DNA from: Candidatus Micrarchaeia archaeon | Lineage (GTDB): Archaea; Micrarchaeota; Micrarchaeia; Anstonellales; Bilamarchaeaceae | Direction of reading: 5' to 3' | DNA length: 64,000 nucleotides | NCBI GenBank assembly: GCA_046331685.1 | Contig: JAXLQI010000001.1 | Coordinates: 192,047 to 256,046 of the forward strand | Shown: piece after piece, positions 52,988-62,805 of the stretch | How the letters are laid out: every line of letters begins with the position of its first letter | How positions within the stretch are numbered: the first letter of the stretch is position 1 | Notes under the pieces: model-generated | The model's input: only the letters and a program-made list of their open reading frames with translations | Databases searched by the model: none | Told to the model about the DNA's origin: nothing | Position numbers and translations under genes: made by a program

Positions 52988-54736
52988 TTATTTCCTCGAG
53001 AGCCCGTCAAACCCTGCATCGATCTCCTTGTGCAGCCTGTCGAACTCCTTCATGTCGGCGATCTCTTTCATGCGCCCTATCGTCCCCCTCACCGTTAGCT
53101 CCTGTATCTTCTTGAGCTGGACGCCGAGGTCGATAGCGTTGTTCGTCCTTTCGCCGAACTTCATGATCGTCTTGAGCATCTGGTACTGCTTCTTCACCTC
53201 GCAGCGGGCGTCTATGTCGCTGTAGGCGTTCTGCTGGAGGTAGTCCTCCCTGAGCATCTTGGTGACCATGAGGACCGCCTGCTCCTTCTCCGGAAGGGCG
53301 TCAGGGCCCACGAGCTGGACCACTTCCTGCAGCTCCGCCTCTTTCTGGAGCATTATCATCGCGGCTTTGGCCATCCTTGTGAAGTCCGAGGAGATGTTCT
53401 CGGCGAACCATTCCTCCAGGCCGTCGCTGTAGAGTGTGTAGCTCTTGAGCCAGTTGATGGCCGGGAAGTGCCTCTTGTAGGCGAGCGAAGCGTCGAGGGC
53501 AAGGAAGACCTTGGTGACACGGAGCGTGTTCTGGGAGACCGGCTCCGAGATGTCTCCGCCCGGGGGCGAGACCGCGCCGACTATGGAGATCGAGCCATAC
53601 CTCTCTTCGGTGGCGAGGCAGCGGACCCGTCCGGCCCTCTCATAGAATTCAGCCAGCCTTCTCGCGAGGTAAGCCGGATAGCCTTCCTCGCCGGGCATCT
53701 CCTCGAGCCTGCCTCCGATCTCGCGCATCGCTTCGGCCCACCGCGATGTGGAGTCGGCCATGAGCGCGACGTCATAGCCCATGTCCCTGAAATATTCGGC
53801 GATCGTGACCCCGGTGTATATGCTCGCCTCGCGGGCGGCCACAGGCATGTTGGACGTGTTCGCGATGAGCACCGTCCTCATCATCAGCGGCTTGCCTGAT
53901 TTGGGATCCTTGAGGTGGGGGAACTCGGTGAGCACGTCGGTCATCTCGTTCCCTCGCTCACCGCACCCGATATAGACCACTATCTGGGTGTCGGAGTATT
54001 TCGCGAGGCTCTGCTGGGTGACCGTCTTCCCGGACCCGAAAGGGCCCGGGATGCATGCGGTGCCCCCTTTCGCTATCGGGAAGAAGGTGTCTATGATCCT
54101 CTGGCCGGTCACGAGGGGTATCGTGGGCGGGAACTTCTCGATGACCGCCCTGGACTTGCGGACGAAACACCGCTGCATCATCTGGATCGCGTGCTTCTTG
54201 CCCTCGAAAGATACGACGGCGACATCCTCTTCGACGGTGAATTTTCCTGATGAGACCGACTCCACCCTCCCTTCGTATGGGGTCATGATCCTGTGCTCGA
54301 TCAGGTCGGTCTCCTGTACTGTCCCGATGATGTCTCCGACCTTGACCTTGTCCCCTTTCTTCACCGCCGCCTTGAAATCCCATTTCTTCTTGCGGTCGAG
54401 GGCCGGGGCTTCTATCCCGCGCGTGATGTACACCCCGCCGGCCATCTCCTCGATGACCTTGAGGGGCCTCTGGATCCCGTCGTAAATGCTCGTGAGGATG
54501 CCCGGGCCGAGCTCGACCGAAAGCGGCTGGCCGGTCGAGACGACCGGCTCCCCGGGCTTGAGTCCGGAGGTGTCCTCATAGACCTGGATGACCGAGGTCG
54601 TGCCGGTGATCTTGATTATCTCTCCGAGGAGCTTCCCTTCCCCGACCCTGACTACATCGTAAAGCCTGGCATCGGGCAGGAACGCCTCGACGACAGGTCC
54701 GCTGATCCTTTCAATGCGACCTTCATCCTTAGCCAT
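52988..54736 (-). CDS. atpA: A-type ATP synthase catalytic subunit A
   Basis: Walker A GPFGSGKT and ..[21 protein letters not shown]... 582 aa including the non-homologous region. Confidence 0.95.
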   Translation of the reverse strand: MAKDEGRIERISGPVVEAFLPDARLYDVVRVGEGKLLGEIIKITGTTSVIQVYEDTSGLKPGEPVVSTGQPLSVELGPGILTSIYDGIQRPLKVIEEMAGGVYITRGIEAPALDRKKKWDFKAAVKKGDKVKVGDIIGTVQETDLIEHRIMTPYEGRVESVSSGKFTVEEDVAVVSFEGKKHAIQMMQRCFVRKSRAVIEKFPPTIPLVTGQRIIDTFFPIAKGGTACIPGPFGSGKTVTQQSLAKYSDTQIVVYIGCGERGNEMTDVLTEFPHLKDPKSGKPLMMRTVLIANTSNMPVAAREASIYTGVTIAEYFRDMGYDVALMADSTSRWAEAMREIGGRLEEMPGEEGYPAYLARRLAEFYERAGRVRCLATEERYGSISIVGAVSPPGGDISEPVSQNTLRVTKVFLALDASLAYKRHFPAINWLKSYTLYSDGLEEWFAENISSDFTRMAKAAMIMLQKEAELQEVVQLVGPDALPEKEQAVLMVTKMLREDYLQQNAYSDIDARCEVKKQYQMLKTIMKFGERTNNAIDLGVQLKKIQELTVRGTIGRMKEIADMKEFDRLHKEIDAGFDGLSRK

Positions 54737-54756
54737 ATCAATCTTCCTCCATGGAA

Positions 54757-55086
54757 CTATTTCTTGCCCAGATCGAAGCCGAGAGCCCGCTTGATCAGGT
54801 TCCGGATCTCATCGCCTTCGACCGATTCTCCTGAATAATCCGGCATCGGTATGACCACCGGATAAGCTACGCTGTCGAGCCTCTTCTTTAGCCTCCAGTC
54901 TATCTTGCTGAGCAGCCTTTCGTTCGTTATTATGATCCCGTAATCGGCGTTCCCGAGAGCCCTCTCGATCTCCCCCTGGATGGTCGCTTCGCTCACGGCC
55001 ACCGTGTTCTCAAGGCCGGCCAGCTGGAAGCCCATCACAAGGGGCGCATCACCGATCACGATTATCTTGGATTTCATCTCTTTCAC
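54757..55086 (-). CDS. atpF: A-type ATP synthase subunit F
   Basis: ~105 aa with [19 protein letters not shown]. Confidence 0.88.
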   Translation of the reverse strand: MKEMKSKIIVIGDAPLVMGFQLAGLENTVAVSEATIQGEIERALGNADYGIIITNERLLSKIDWRLKKRLDSVAYPVVIPMPDYSGESVEGDEIRNLIKRALGFDLGKK

Positions 55087-55089
55087 CGT

Positions 55090-56175
55090 TCAGACGACGA
55101 CGAGCATCGCCCGTATCTCAGCCTCGCTCAGGCCGAACTCCTTCCCTTTCGCTATCTTCCTCAGGTTGTTGACCTCCTCTTCCTTGAGCAGGAGGAACCC
55201 GATGATCACGCCCGCAGAGAGGACCGCCCTGCTGAACGCGAACGCCTTCTCGGCAGCTATGGATTTCTCCAGGTTGATCTCCAGCTCGCTCAGCGATTTT
55301 ATCTCCTTGAGGTCGAGGTGGTGGAACCTGGACCTTGAGAGCTGGAGGACAGCGGCGATATCCTTGGCCTCGATCATCCTCTCCACCATCTGGTCCTTTA
55401 TCGTGCCGCCCTTTATCAGGGATGAGCGGATCTTCTCCTTCCCTGAATTGTGCTTCTTGAGCCGCTCGATTATCAGGATGTTCCTCGCATCGATCTCGTT
55501 CCTGAGGATGCCGCGGATATATGACGCCTCCTTGGCCGGCACCTTTGCGAGCACGTGGTCCATGAGCAGATAGATATATGAGTCGATGCCGCTCTCCATC
55601 TTCGTGAACATATCGATGCTCGAGAGGGCTTTTGCCATGCTCTGCCGCACCTCTTCGGTCCCGGACGAGAGAAGCGTCCTGCCGAATCCGGTCTTCCTGA
55701 CCTCGCGGACCACGTCCCGGTCATCCGCCTTGAGGATACGCTTGAAATCGTCCTCGCTCATCCCGCCTACCTCGATGAGGTTGGGCCTGACGTCCTCGAA
55801 GCCTTTCTTCACCCTGCGCGCGTGCATGAGCGTCTTCAGGTTCATCAGGTCGTAGCGTATCAGCAGGGCCTCGAGGGCCGAGCGGTCGCTTTTCGGCGAT
55901 ATCTTGATCAGCTTGCGCACCGTCCGGGAGAAGTTCTTCGAGGCCGCAGCCTCGATGAGCGCCGAGCCCCCGTATTGCACCGAGGCTCCGGAGAGGTCGT
56001 TCTTGTAGCCGCTCCTCTGGAGGAGCTCCACCATGGCCTCGACGCTGCCCACCTTGACCATCTCCTCGAGGTATCCGCTCTTGATGAGGGATCCCTTCAT
56101 GGCCTTGACCCTGGCATTGGAGTAACCGTATTTGAGCGACCTGCTCTCGAGCCGTGGCAGCCAGTTTAGCATCAT
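55090..56175 (-). CDS. atpC: A-type ATP synthase subunit C
   Basis: 361 aa with YGYSNARVKAMKG at the N-terminus. Position between E and F. Confidence 0.88.
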   Translation of the reverse strand: MMLNWLPRLESRSLKYGYSNARVKAMKGSLIKSGYLEEMVKVGSVEAMVELLQRSGYKNDLSGASVQYGGSALIEAAASKNFSRTVRKLIKISPKSDRSALEALLIRYDLMNLKTLMHARRVKKGFEDVRPNLIEVGGMSEDDFKRILKADDRDVVREVRKTGFGRTLLSSGTEEVRQSMAKALSSIDMFTKMESGIDSYIYLLMDHVLAKVPAKEASYIRGILRNEIDARNILIIERLKKHNSGKEKIRSSLIKGGTIKDQMVERMIEAKDIAAVLQLSRSRFHHLDLKEIKSLSELEINLEKSIAAEKAFAFSRAVLSAGVIIGFLLLKEEEVNNLRKIAKGKEFGLSEAEIRAMLVVV

Positions 56176-56741
56176 CTGCCTCCGAATATCTTCTCATGCA
56201 CCTGCTTGCGGATCTCGTCCCTCCGTGACTCGAAGAGCGTCTCCAGCGTGATGTCGATCCTTATCTTCCCGTCCTGGCTCTCGACGATCGCCCCTCCGAG
56301 GGAATCGAGATCCTCCGCGATCTTCACACCCTTCGGGGCCGCGAGGAGGGGCTTGTCCCCCTTCACGAGACGGACAGACGAGCCCGGGCCGAGCTCGGCT
56401 GAAGCCGCCGCGACCGACTCATTCAGGAACCTCTTGTATTCAGGGCTCTTGCGGATTGCGCCGAGCGCTTCGAAGAAATCCTCGAGGACGTTCTTTATGG
56501 CATCCTCCCTCGCTTCGGCGCTGATGCGTCTGGACTCCAGCCGCGCCCAGGCGAGGCGCTCGTTGCGCTGCTCGGTGAGCAGCCTCTCGACCTCTGCCTC
56601 AGCCTCTTTCTTCAGGGCGGCTCTCCTCGAGCGCTCCGCGTCAAGCATGCTTTTGGCGCTGGCCTGGGCTTCCGCGACAATCTTCCGGGCGTCTTCTTCG
56701 GCCTCGGAGAGTAGAGAGCCCTTAAGCTTCTCTATTCCCAT
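56172..56741 (-). CDS. atpE: A-type ATP synthase subunit E
   Basis: ~190 aa: coiled-coil N-terminus plus a globular C-terminus (GGAIVESQDGKIRIDITLETL). ATG at 56741; GTG at 56750 is also possible. Confidence 0.85.
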   Translation of the reverse strand: MGIEKLKGSLLSEAEEDARKIVAEAQASAKSMLDAERSRRAALKKEAEAEVERLLTEQRNERLAWARLESRRISAEAREDAIKNVLEDFFEALGAIRKSPEYKRFLNESVAAASAELGPGSSVRLVKGDKPLLAAPKGVKIAEDLDSLGGAIVESQDGKIRIDITLETLFESRRDEIRKQVHEKIFGGR

Positions 56742-56751
56742 GCAAAGCACC

Positions 56752-57015
56752 TTAAGCTGCCTTGCCGAGCGCCTGGATCAGGAAGAACGCCACCACGAAA
56801 CCGAGCAGTGCAAGAAGCTCAGGGAGCGCGAGATAAAGGATCATCTTCGATTCCAATTCCGGTCTCTCCGCCGCCGCGCCCATCGCCGCGGCGCCGATGC
56901 TGCCCTGCGACCAGGCCGCTGCCACTGCACTCAATCCCATAGCGATTCCCGCACCGATCGCGATAGCGCCTTCGGATGTCAGGAAGTTCCCTGTTGCACT
57001 TACTGGATCTGCCAT
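56752..57015 (-). CDS. atpK: A-type ATP synthase proteolipid subunit K
   Basis: 87 aa, two TM helices, conserved carboxylate in ..LALPELLALLGF... Confidence 0.88.
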   Translation of the reverse strand: MADPVSATGNFLTSEGAIAIGAGIAMGLSAVAAAWSQGSIGAAAMGAAAERPELESKMILYLALPELLALLGFVVAFFLIQALGKAA

Positions 57016-57030
57016 ATTTTCACCTTTTTC

Positions 57031-58932
57031 TCATAATTTTCTTGAGTATGATGCGAACGGGCTGAACGCCGTCCCGCCCCCCTGGAGGAATTTCGTCTTG
57101 AACTCGAAGATGTTCAGACGGCCGCCCTGCACAAGCGCCTCGAACATTGCGATGACGCAGTTGGCCAGGTGGAGCAGGATGTAAATCGGGAAGAGGACGA
57201 TGGCGAGCACTCCCATGGAGGGGTTCGGGCGGAGGAACTCGTTCAGTATCTCAGCGAGTATGACACCTACGACGCCGATGACCGCCACCCTCAGGTAGGA
57301 GAGGACATTGCCGGCGAAACCCGGGATCTCGACCGCGCCTACCGCGCCCTCGGTCATCACAACGCCGACGACGCCTATGCCTATCAATATGAGCCCGCTG
57401 GTCGTGAACGGTTTGTCTATGTAGCCGAGCTGTGACAGCAGGGCCATCGCGATGCCGGCCTCGAATGCCAGCCATGCGAGTTTCGCCATGGCATGCTTCT
57501 TGCTGTGGTTCCATTCTCCGGCCACGCCGAGGATCAGCCCCAGGCCCATGTGTATCATGCCTACGAACAGGGTGGCGAGGAGAAGCATGTTAAGCCCTTC
57601 GACACGGTGGAAACCGGTGTAGATCGGGGCCGAAAGCAGGTGCATCCCGGTCCATGAGCCGACATATTCGGCGAGGTGGAAGTGGGAAAGGCCCATCCAT
57701 TCATCGAACACGAGTCCGAACGCTATGGTCGGGATCGCCGAGATGAGCCAGATCATCCCTATGCTGGACATCATCTGGCTTTTCGAGAATCTCTTTGTTA
57801 TGAAATACGCGAGGAGCAGGGACATGACGCCATAGAGGACGTCGCCCACGATCATGCCGTAGAGGATGCTGAGGCCGATGAAATACGGGACCGTAGGATC
57901 GAGCTCGTTGTAGCGGGGGAATGAGTAGTTGCGGGTGATGAACTCGAAGGGCTTCGCGAGGGGCGGGTTTTCCAGCACTGTCGGCGGGATCTCATCGTGG
58001 TCATGCCCGAAACCGACATCCTCGAGGACCGCTTTCTGCCTCGAGACGATGGGCTCGAGGCTCCCCAAGCTTTCCGCGAGGATCCAGCCTTCTATCACAT
58101 ATACGCATTTGGACTCTGAGAACCGCGATGAGATCTCGGACCTCTGGGCTTCGACCTCCAGGGAGGCTATGAGGCTCCGGACCCTGGAGATGTTCTCATG
58201 CGAGAATGCGACGAGCTCTTTCTGCGCCGCTGCCAGCCCGGCTCTCGCAGACCTGAGCTCGCCTGAAATTTTCGCCGCCGTGGCCGAAGGGGTGGTCGTC
58301 CCTTCCGGCAGATCGATCTCCGTGAACCCGGCTTCTGAGAGGAGCGAATCGGCTTTCGCCTCGTTCTTCCTTTCGAAGACCGCAAGGGCGACGTTCCTGC
58401 CCGGGACGCTGGATATCTCCCCGTGGATCTTCCCGAGCTCAGCGGACAGCTTCGGTATCTTCGCCCCGGAGATCTCGCCTATCCTATAGGCGACCGTCCT
58501 TGTGCCGAGCCGGCTGAAATCGACATCGCGGAGGTGCGCCACTTTGGCGAGCGATGCTTCGGCCCCCTCCAGGGACTTGATACGGTCGGTGAGATCGGAG
58601 ATGCGGGTGTTGATCGCTTTGATGCGGTCGTGCGCGTCGAGCTTCCCCGCGGCCGCGAGGGCGGAACTGCCGTCGATGATCTTCGGCTCCTCGTGCCGGG
58701 CGCCCTTGCCGAGCGCCGGCTCCATCATGGCGAGCATCGAGCGGAGCGAGAGCAGGGCGGCGGATATACCGTCGAACGATGCGAGCGGCCTCCCTTCATC
58801 GAGCCCTTTGTGGACGCTCTTGCGGATATCGACGAGGCCGGCCTCATGCAGCTCCCTGATAAGGTCTTCCACCTGGGATTTGAGCACGATCACTCTGACC
58901 TTCTTCATTCTTTTCGGCCGCAACATCGTCAT
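57031..58932 (-). CDS. atpI: A-type ATP synthase subunit I
   Basis: 633 aa: soluble coiled-coil N-half plus a multi-TM C-half with ..LSYLRVAVIGV.. (conserved Arg). Confidence 0.9.
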   Translation of the reverse strand: MTMLRPKRMKKVRVIVLKSQVEDLIRELHEAGLVDIRKSVHKGLDEGRPLASFDGISAALLSLRSMLAMMEPALGKGARHEEPKIIDGSSALAAAGKLDAHDRIKAINTRISDLTDRIKSLEGAEASLAKVAHLRDVDFSRLGTRTVAYRIGEISGAKIPKLSAELGKIHGEISSVPGRNVALAVFERKNEAKADSLLSEAGFTEIDLPEGTTTPSATAAKISGELRSARAGLAAAQKELVAFSHENISRVRSLIASLEVEAQRSEISSRFSESKCVYVIEGWILAESLGSLEPIVSRQKAVLEDVGFGHDHDEIPPTVLENPPLAKPFEFITRNYSFPRYNELDPTVPYFIGLSILYGMIVGDVLYGVMSLLLAYFITKRFSKSQMMSSIGMIWLISAIPTIAFGLVFDEWMGLSHFHLAEYVGSWTGMHLLSAPIYTGFHRVEGLNMLLLATLFVGMIHMGLGLILGVAGEWNHSKKHAMAKLAWLAFEAGIAMALLSQLGYIDKPFTTSGLILIGIGVVGVVMTEGAVGAVEIPGFAGNVLSYLRVAVIGVVGVILAEILNEFLRPNPSMGVLAIVLFPIYILLHLANCVIAMFEALVQGGRLNIFEFKTKFLQGGGTAFSPFASYSRKL

Positions 58933-58935
58933 TCC

Positions 58936-59271
58936 TCAGAGGCTGCCCAGGAAATCCTTGACGAGCTTCGAGACGGTCTGGGCGTCGGCTTTCTTCTTGC
59001 CCGCCTTCTCCGAGCCCTCTTTGGCTTCGGCGACGATCCTCTCGACTTCGCTCTCGATGTCCTTGCTTCCCTTGCGGAGGCGCTCGTTCTTGTAAGCCAC
59101 GACCTCCTCGTCCCCTTTGGCGCGCTCTTCCTGGGATCTCTCCTTGGCTTCGCGCACGATCTTTTCGGCTTTCTCCTTGGCCGAAACAATTAGACGGTCG
59201 TAGGCCTCCTCAGCCTCCCTTATCTCCTTTACCGTTTTCATGAACTCTGGCTGTTCAGAAGCTTGATGCAT
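58936..59271 (-). CDS. atpH: A-type ATP synthase subunit H
   Basis: 111-aa charged coiled-coil protein. First gene of the operon. Confidence 0.8.
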   Translation of the reverse strand: MHQASEQPEFMKTVKEIREAEEAYDRLIVSAKEKAEKIVREAKERSQEERAKGDEEVVAYKNERLRKGSKDIESEVERIVAEAKEGSEKAGKKKADAQTVSKLVKDFLGSL

Positions 59272-59302
59272 AATGACACCAAAACAAGTTGACCTTAATT
59301 AA

Positions 59303-59326
59303 AAAGGCAATATTTATAAATTTAAT
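59303..59326. promoter_or_regulatory. AT-rich TATA region (aaaggcaatatttataaatttaat) shared by the divergent atpH and rpl15e promoters
   Basis: The only TATA-like element in the 136-nt gap. ~45 nt from the atpH ATG and ~85 nt from the rpl15e ATG. Confidence 0.45.
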
Positions 59327-59407
59327 CGAATGAATTTCCTCTGTCGTCTTCTGCGCAGCGAAGGCTTAAACGGGAAGACGGAGAATTTCCGAATTAGAGT
59401 GATGCAA

Positions 59408-60181
59408 ATGGGAGCTTACAAGTATATAACTCAGACGCTGCAGAAGCAGTACAAGGAAAGGAACGCTGATTACCGGAGCAAGATCGTGGCCTGGAGAGCG
59501 GGCCCGGCCATGGTACGGTGCGAACAGCCGAGCAATATCGCGAGGGCCAGGATCCTCGGGTACAAGGCCAAGCAGGGCTATGTCGTCGTCCGCACCCGCG
59601 TGGACAAGGGAAGGAGGACCAGGAGGAGATCCAACGGCGGCAGGAAGCACAAGAACTACTATCTCTTCGTTCAGCCCCAGATGTCCCATCAGGCCATCGC
59701 TGAGCAGCGGGTGAACCGCGTATACCGCAACATGGAGGTCCTCAATTCCTATTGGGTCGGCGAGGACGGGAACTACAAGTTCTTCGAGGTGATCCTCGCG
59801 GATCCGGCCAAGCCGAGCGTCAACATCAGCAGCGCGATAAGGCAGGGCAAGGCCTTCAGGGGGCTCACGTCGGCCGGGAACTCCAGGACGCCGAGCAAGA
59901 AGAAGACGCCGAACAAGAAGCTCCGCAGGAAGCTGCTCAGCAGGAAGGCATACCACTACGAACCTTATGTGAAGAGCGCGAAGCCAGAGGCCGCTCCGAA
60001 GCATGCGGAACTGAAGGTGGCGAAACCGGCTCCTGCGAAAGAGCACAAACCGGCTGTCAAACACGAGGCTCACCACGAGCGGGCCCCCCAGCACAAGCCT
60101 GAGGCTACTCATCATCCCGAGAAGCACGAGGCGGCCCATCATGGAGAGAAGCATGTTGAACACAAACCCGCTCACAAGTGA
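59408..60181 (+). CDS. rpl15e: Ribosomal protein eL15 (L15e) with a His/Lys/Pro-rich C-terminal extension
   Basis: MGAYKYITQTLQKQYKE..WRAGPAMVR..RARILGYKAKQGYVVVRTRV.KGRR... is canonical L15e. The final ~66 aa are low-complexity (14 His). Confidence 0.9.
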   Translation: MGAYKYITQTLQKQYKERNADYRSKIVAWRAGPAMVRCEQPSNIARARILGYKAKQGYVVVRTRVDKGRRTRRRSNGGRKHKNYYLFVQPQMSHQAIAEQRVNRVYRNMEVLNSYWVGEDGNYKFFEVILADPAKPSVNISSAIRQGKAFRGLTSAGNSRTPSKKKTPNKKLRRKLLSRKAYHYEPYVKSAKPEAAPKHAELKVAKPAPAKEHKPAVKHEAHHERAPQHKPEATHHPEKHEAAHHGEKHVEHKPAHK

Positions 60182-60187
60182 GCAGGC

Positions 60188-60640
60188 ATGTTCGACATAA
60201 TCGCGTGCACGGCCGAACCTTCTGATTTCGGTTTCTCCAGATTCTACTCCTTGGACGAAGCGAAGGGGAAGATAGCCACGGCCGAGAACCTCGAAGGGGC
60301 CCTAGCGCACAAGAACAGGAAGGTCCTGGTCTCATTGCGCGATTTCGCGTTCGACGAGGGCGCCATAAAGGTCATCGCGGAGAAGAAGAGCGTCTGTTTC
60401 ATCTTGGATATAGGCCGGCTCGTCCGCACCCGGGGGGTGCCGCGGGCGATCGCGATCTCGAAATTGAGGAATTTCCTGAGGCTGTGCGTCAAGCATGGGG
60501 CGTATTACACTTTCGCATCTTTCGCAGAGAGCCCGTCGCAGATAAGGAGGCCGGGCGAGCTGGAGAGCATCGCGCTCCTCTTCGGCCTCAACCGGGGGCA
60601 GGCGAAGATGGCATTGAAGATGCTCCAGCACTACCTTTGA
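60188..60640 (+). CDS. rnp3: RNase P protein component 3 (Rpp30/Rnp3), unusually short
   Basis: The C-terminal half ..FILDIG..RA..ISKLRNFLRLCVKHGAYYTFASFAESPSQIRRPGELESIALLFGL..GQAKMAL matches the Rpp30 TIM-barrel C-half. Conserved position after rpl15e. Confidence 0.6.
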   Translation: MFDIIACTAEPSDFGFSRFYSLDEAKGKIATAENLEGALAHKNRKVLVSLRDFAFDEGAIKVIAEKKSVCFILDIGRLVRTRGVPRAIAISKLRNFLRLCVKHGAYYTFASFAESPSQIRRPGELESIALLFGLNRGQAKMALKMLQHYL

Positions 60641-60675
60641 GCACGTTTTAAATAGGCGAAATGGGATAGCCATGC

Positions 60676-61485
60676 ATGGACAGGCTCCTCGCGATCGCCC
60701 TGATGCTCTCTCTTTTAGCGGCTGGATGCTTATCGTTTCCCAAATCAGGAACGGCTGTGAGGGAGCCTCCCCCGACTCCGCCTGAAAGGCCGCCCAATCC
60801 GACTCCGGCCAACAGCACCGGGACGGCCGAGCCTGATGCCGGACCGGCAACTGCCGGCAATGCCTCGGCGCCTCCGGGCGCGGAAAAGAGCGGAGGTTCC
60901 GTCCTCATCCTCGGGAGGTCCGTCGCCCGCGGCTGGATCGACTACATGGGCGGCGAATACACATGCTTCGACGAAGGATGCGGCAACGCGGCTTATGTCG
61001 CGAACTACAGCGGAAGGACCTTCATATACTCCGAGCTGGACCCGCCGCCGGACATAGTGGGATCCGCTGCGGACCGGCTCGAAAGGTTCGGCGATCGTGC
61101 CGACACCGTCTTCTTCAAGCTCTGCTTCGTGGATTTCGAATCAGACCCGAGCGGGGAGAACCTGCGGAGGGATGAGGGATACATCCAGGCCGCGTACGAC
61201 GAGATAGTCGTGAAGAGGCATAAGAAGATGATCGTAGGCAATGCGCTGCCGTCGGTCGCTTCATCGACGGACCAGACCCTGGTCTCCAGCCACCGCGAAT
61301 ACAACAGATGGCTGGACGGATTCGCCAAGTCGCACAAGGACATCAAGGTGCTCGACTTATACGGCATGCTCTCCGACAGCTCGGGAAGCCTGGATCCAAG
61401 GTATGCCAGCTCCCCTGATGATTCGCACCCGAATGCCGCCGGCTATTCGAGGATCACGCCCGGGTTCCTCGCCCTCCTAGGATGA
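60676..61485 (+). CDS. SGNH-hydrolase-like lipoprotein with a Pro-rich linker (tentative)
   Basis: Lipobox LAAGC. Block I is degenerate (LILGRSVARGW), and DDSHPN sits at the C-terminus (DxxH). Confidence 0.5.
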   Translation: MDRLLAIALMLSLLAAGCLSFPKSGTAVREPPPTPPERPPNPTPANSTGTAEPDAGPATAGNASAPPGAEKSGGSVLILGRSVARGWIDYMGGEYTCFDEGCGNAAYVANYSGRTFIYSELDPPPDIVGSAADRLERFGDRADTVFFKLCFVDFESDPSGENLRRDEGYIQAAYDEIVVKRHKKMIVGNALPSVASSTDQTLVSSHREYNRWLDGFAKSHKDIKVLDLYGMLSDSSGSLDPRYASSPDDSHPNAAGYSRITPGFLALLG

Positions 61486-62703
61486 GGTCCAGGTTTCGCA
61501 CACTGGCAGGACAACCTCGAAAGTGCTGCCCAGCCCCTCCGCGCTTTCAACCGAGATCGACCCCCCGTGGGCGCGGATGAAATTGAGCGTGATAGGGAGG
61601 CCGAGGCCAGTGCCGTTCTCGCCTTTAGTGGTGAAGAAGGGCTGGAAGATCTTGGATCGGACAGAATCGCTCATGCCGTATCCGGTGTCGGTGATAGAGA
61701 GGATCGCCAGCATTCCTGTGTCAGTGGTATGCCTTGCCGACGAGATCGTGAGGGTCCCGCCATGGGGCATGGCGTCTATCGCGTTCGTAACAAGGTTGTG
61801 GAAGGCGCGGCAGAGCTTGTCCTTGTTCCCTAGTATCCCTCCAACATTCTCCTGCAGGTCCAGCACCATCCGGATATTGTTCCTCGCGCAGAGATTCCTT
61901 ACGCCTCCGACGACGGAACGGATGATGGCTTCAAGCTGGATAGTGTCCTTGCCCATGGATATCGGAGAAGAGAGCTGCATCATCTCCTTGACAAGCCTAC
62001 AACTTCTCTCAAGCGCGACCGTGATATCTGCCAGGGATGATTCGAGCGCCCCGCGTTCATCATTTGGGAGCCCCCTAAGATCGATTTCGCGGATGAAACC
62101 GATGTTTGCGCAGACGATGCCGAGCAAGTTGTTCAGGTCGTGGCCGGCCCTGGCCGCGCATTCGCCTGCCATCCTCATAGCGTTCGCAGCCGCGAGCTCT
62201 GCCTGGGACTCGCGATAGCGAAGCTCCACTTCCCTCTGTTCTGAGAGGTCTATCGCGACGCCGCGCGCCCCGATCACTTCCCCCTCCGATATCAAAGGCA
62301 TTGTATTGATCCTCATGAGCCTGGATTTCCCCTCGCTATCAAGTATCGAATATTCAACAGCGCCTATCATCTCTCCTCCGAGCACCCTCGAGAGATCAGT
62401 GAATGCCCTGGCCCGGTCCGTGTCCGAGACAAGCGAAAGGACACCCTGACCAAGGACATCCTCCAGCCTGTATCCTAGCAGAGCCATCGACGCCGTATTC
62501 GCGAAGCTTATCCTGCCGAACCTGTCGAACTCGAAGACCGATTCCGGCAGCGTGTCCAGGATTCTATGGGCCTCCTCTCTCAGAACGCTCTCCACTTCGG
62601 GAGGGAAGCTCCTCATACCGCTAGCAGGAGGCTTGGTCGTCGGGGTGGCCTGGCTAATCGAGGCTCTTGGAAACGCCAAGAGACGCAAGTTCTTTTCAAT
62701 CAT
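61477..62703 (-). CDS. PAS-domain sensor histidine kinase
   Basis: PAS (..SVFEFDRFGRISFAN..), H-box AGHDLNNLL, N-box NLVTNAIDA, G-boxes DTGYGM and GTGLGL. Confidence 0.88.
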   Translation of the reverse strand: MIEKNLRLLAFPRASISQATPTTKPPASGMRSFPPEVESVLREEAHRILDTLPESVFEFDRFGRISFANTASMALLGYRLEDVLGQGVLSLVSDTDRARAFTDLSRVLGGEMIGAVEYSILDSEGKSRLMRINTMPLISEGEVIGARGVAIDLSEQREVELRYRESQAELAAANAMRMAGECAARAGHDLNNLLGIVCANIGFIREIDLRGLPNDERGALESSLADITVALERSCRLVKEMMQLSSPISMGKDTIQLEAIIRSVVGGVRNLCARNNIRMVLDLQENVGGILGNKDKLCRAFHNLVTNAIDAMPHGGTLTISSARHTTDTGMLAILSITDTGYGMSDSVRSKIFQPFFTTKGENGTGLGLPITLNFIRAHGGSISVESAEGLGSTFEVVLPVCETWTSS

Positions 62704-62805
62704 ATCGATACCAACGGACCCATGGTTCTGTTGGTAGGAAAATGTTATAAAACACAGTTTTTTATAGAAAAATTATATAAATCCGGGAAAAATGAGAAAA
62801 ACGGT

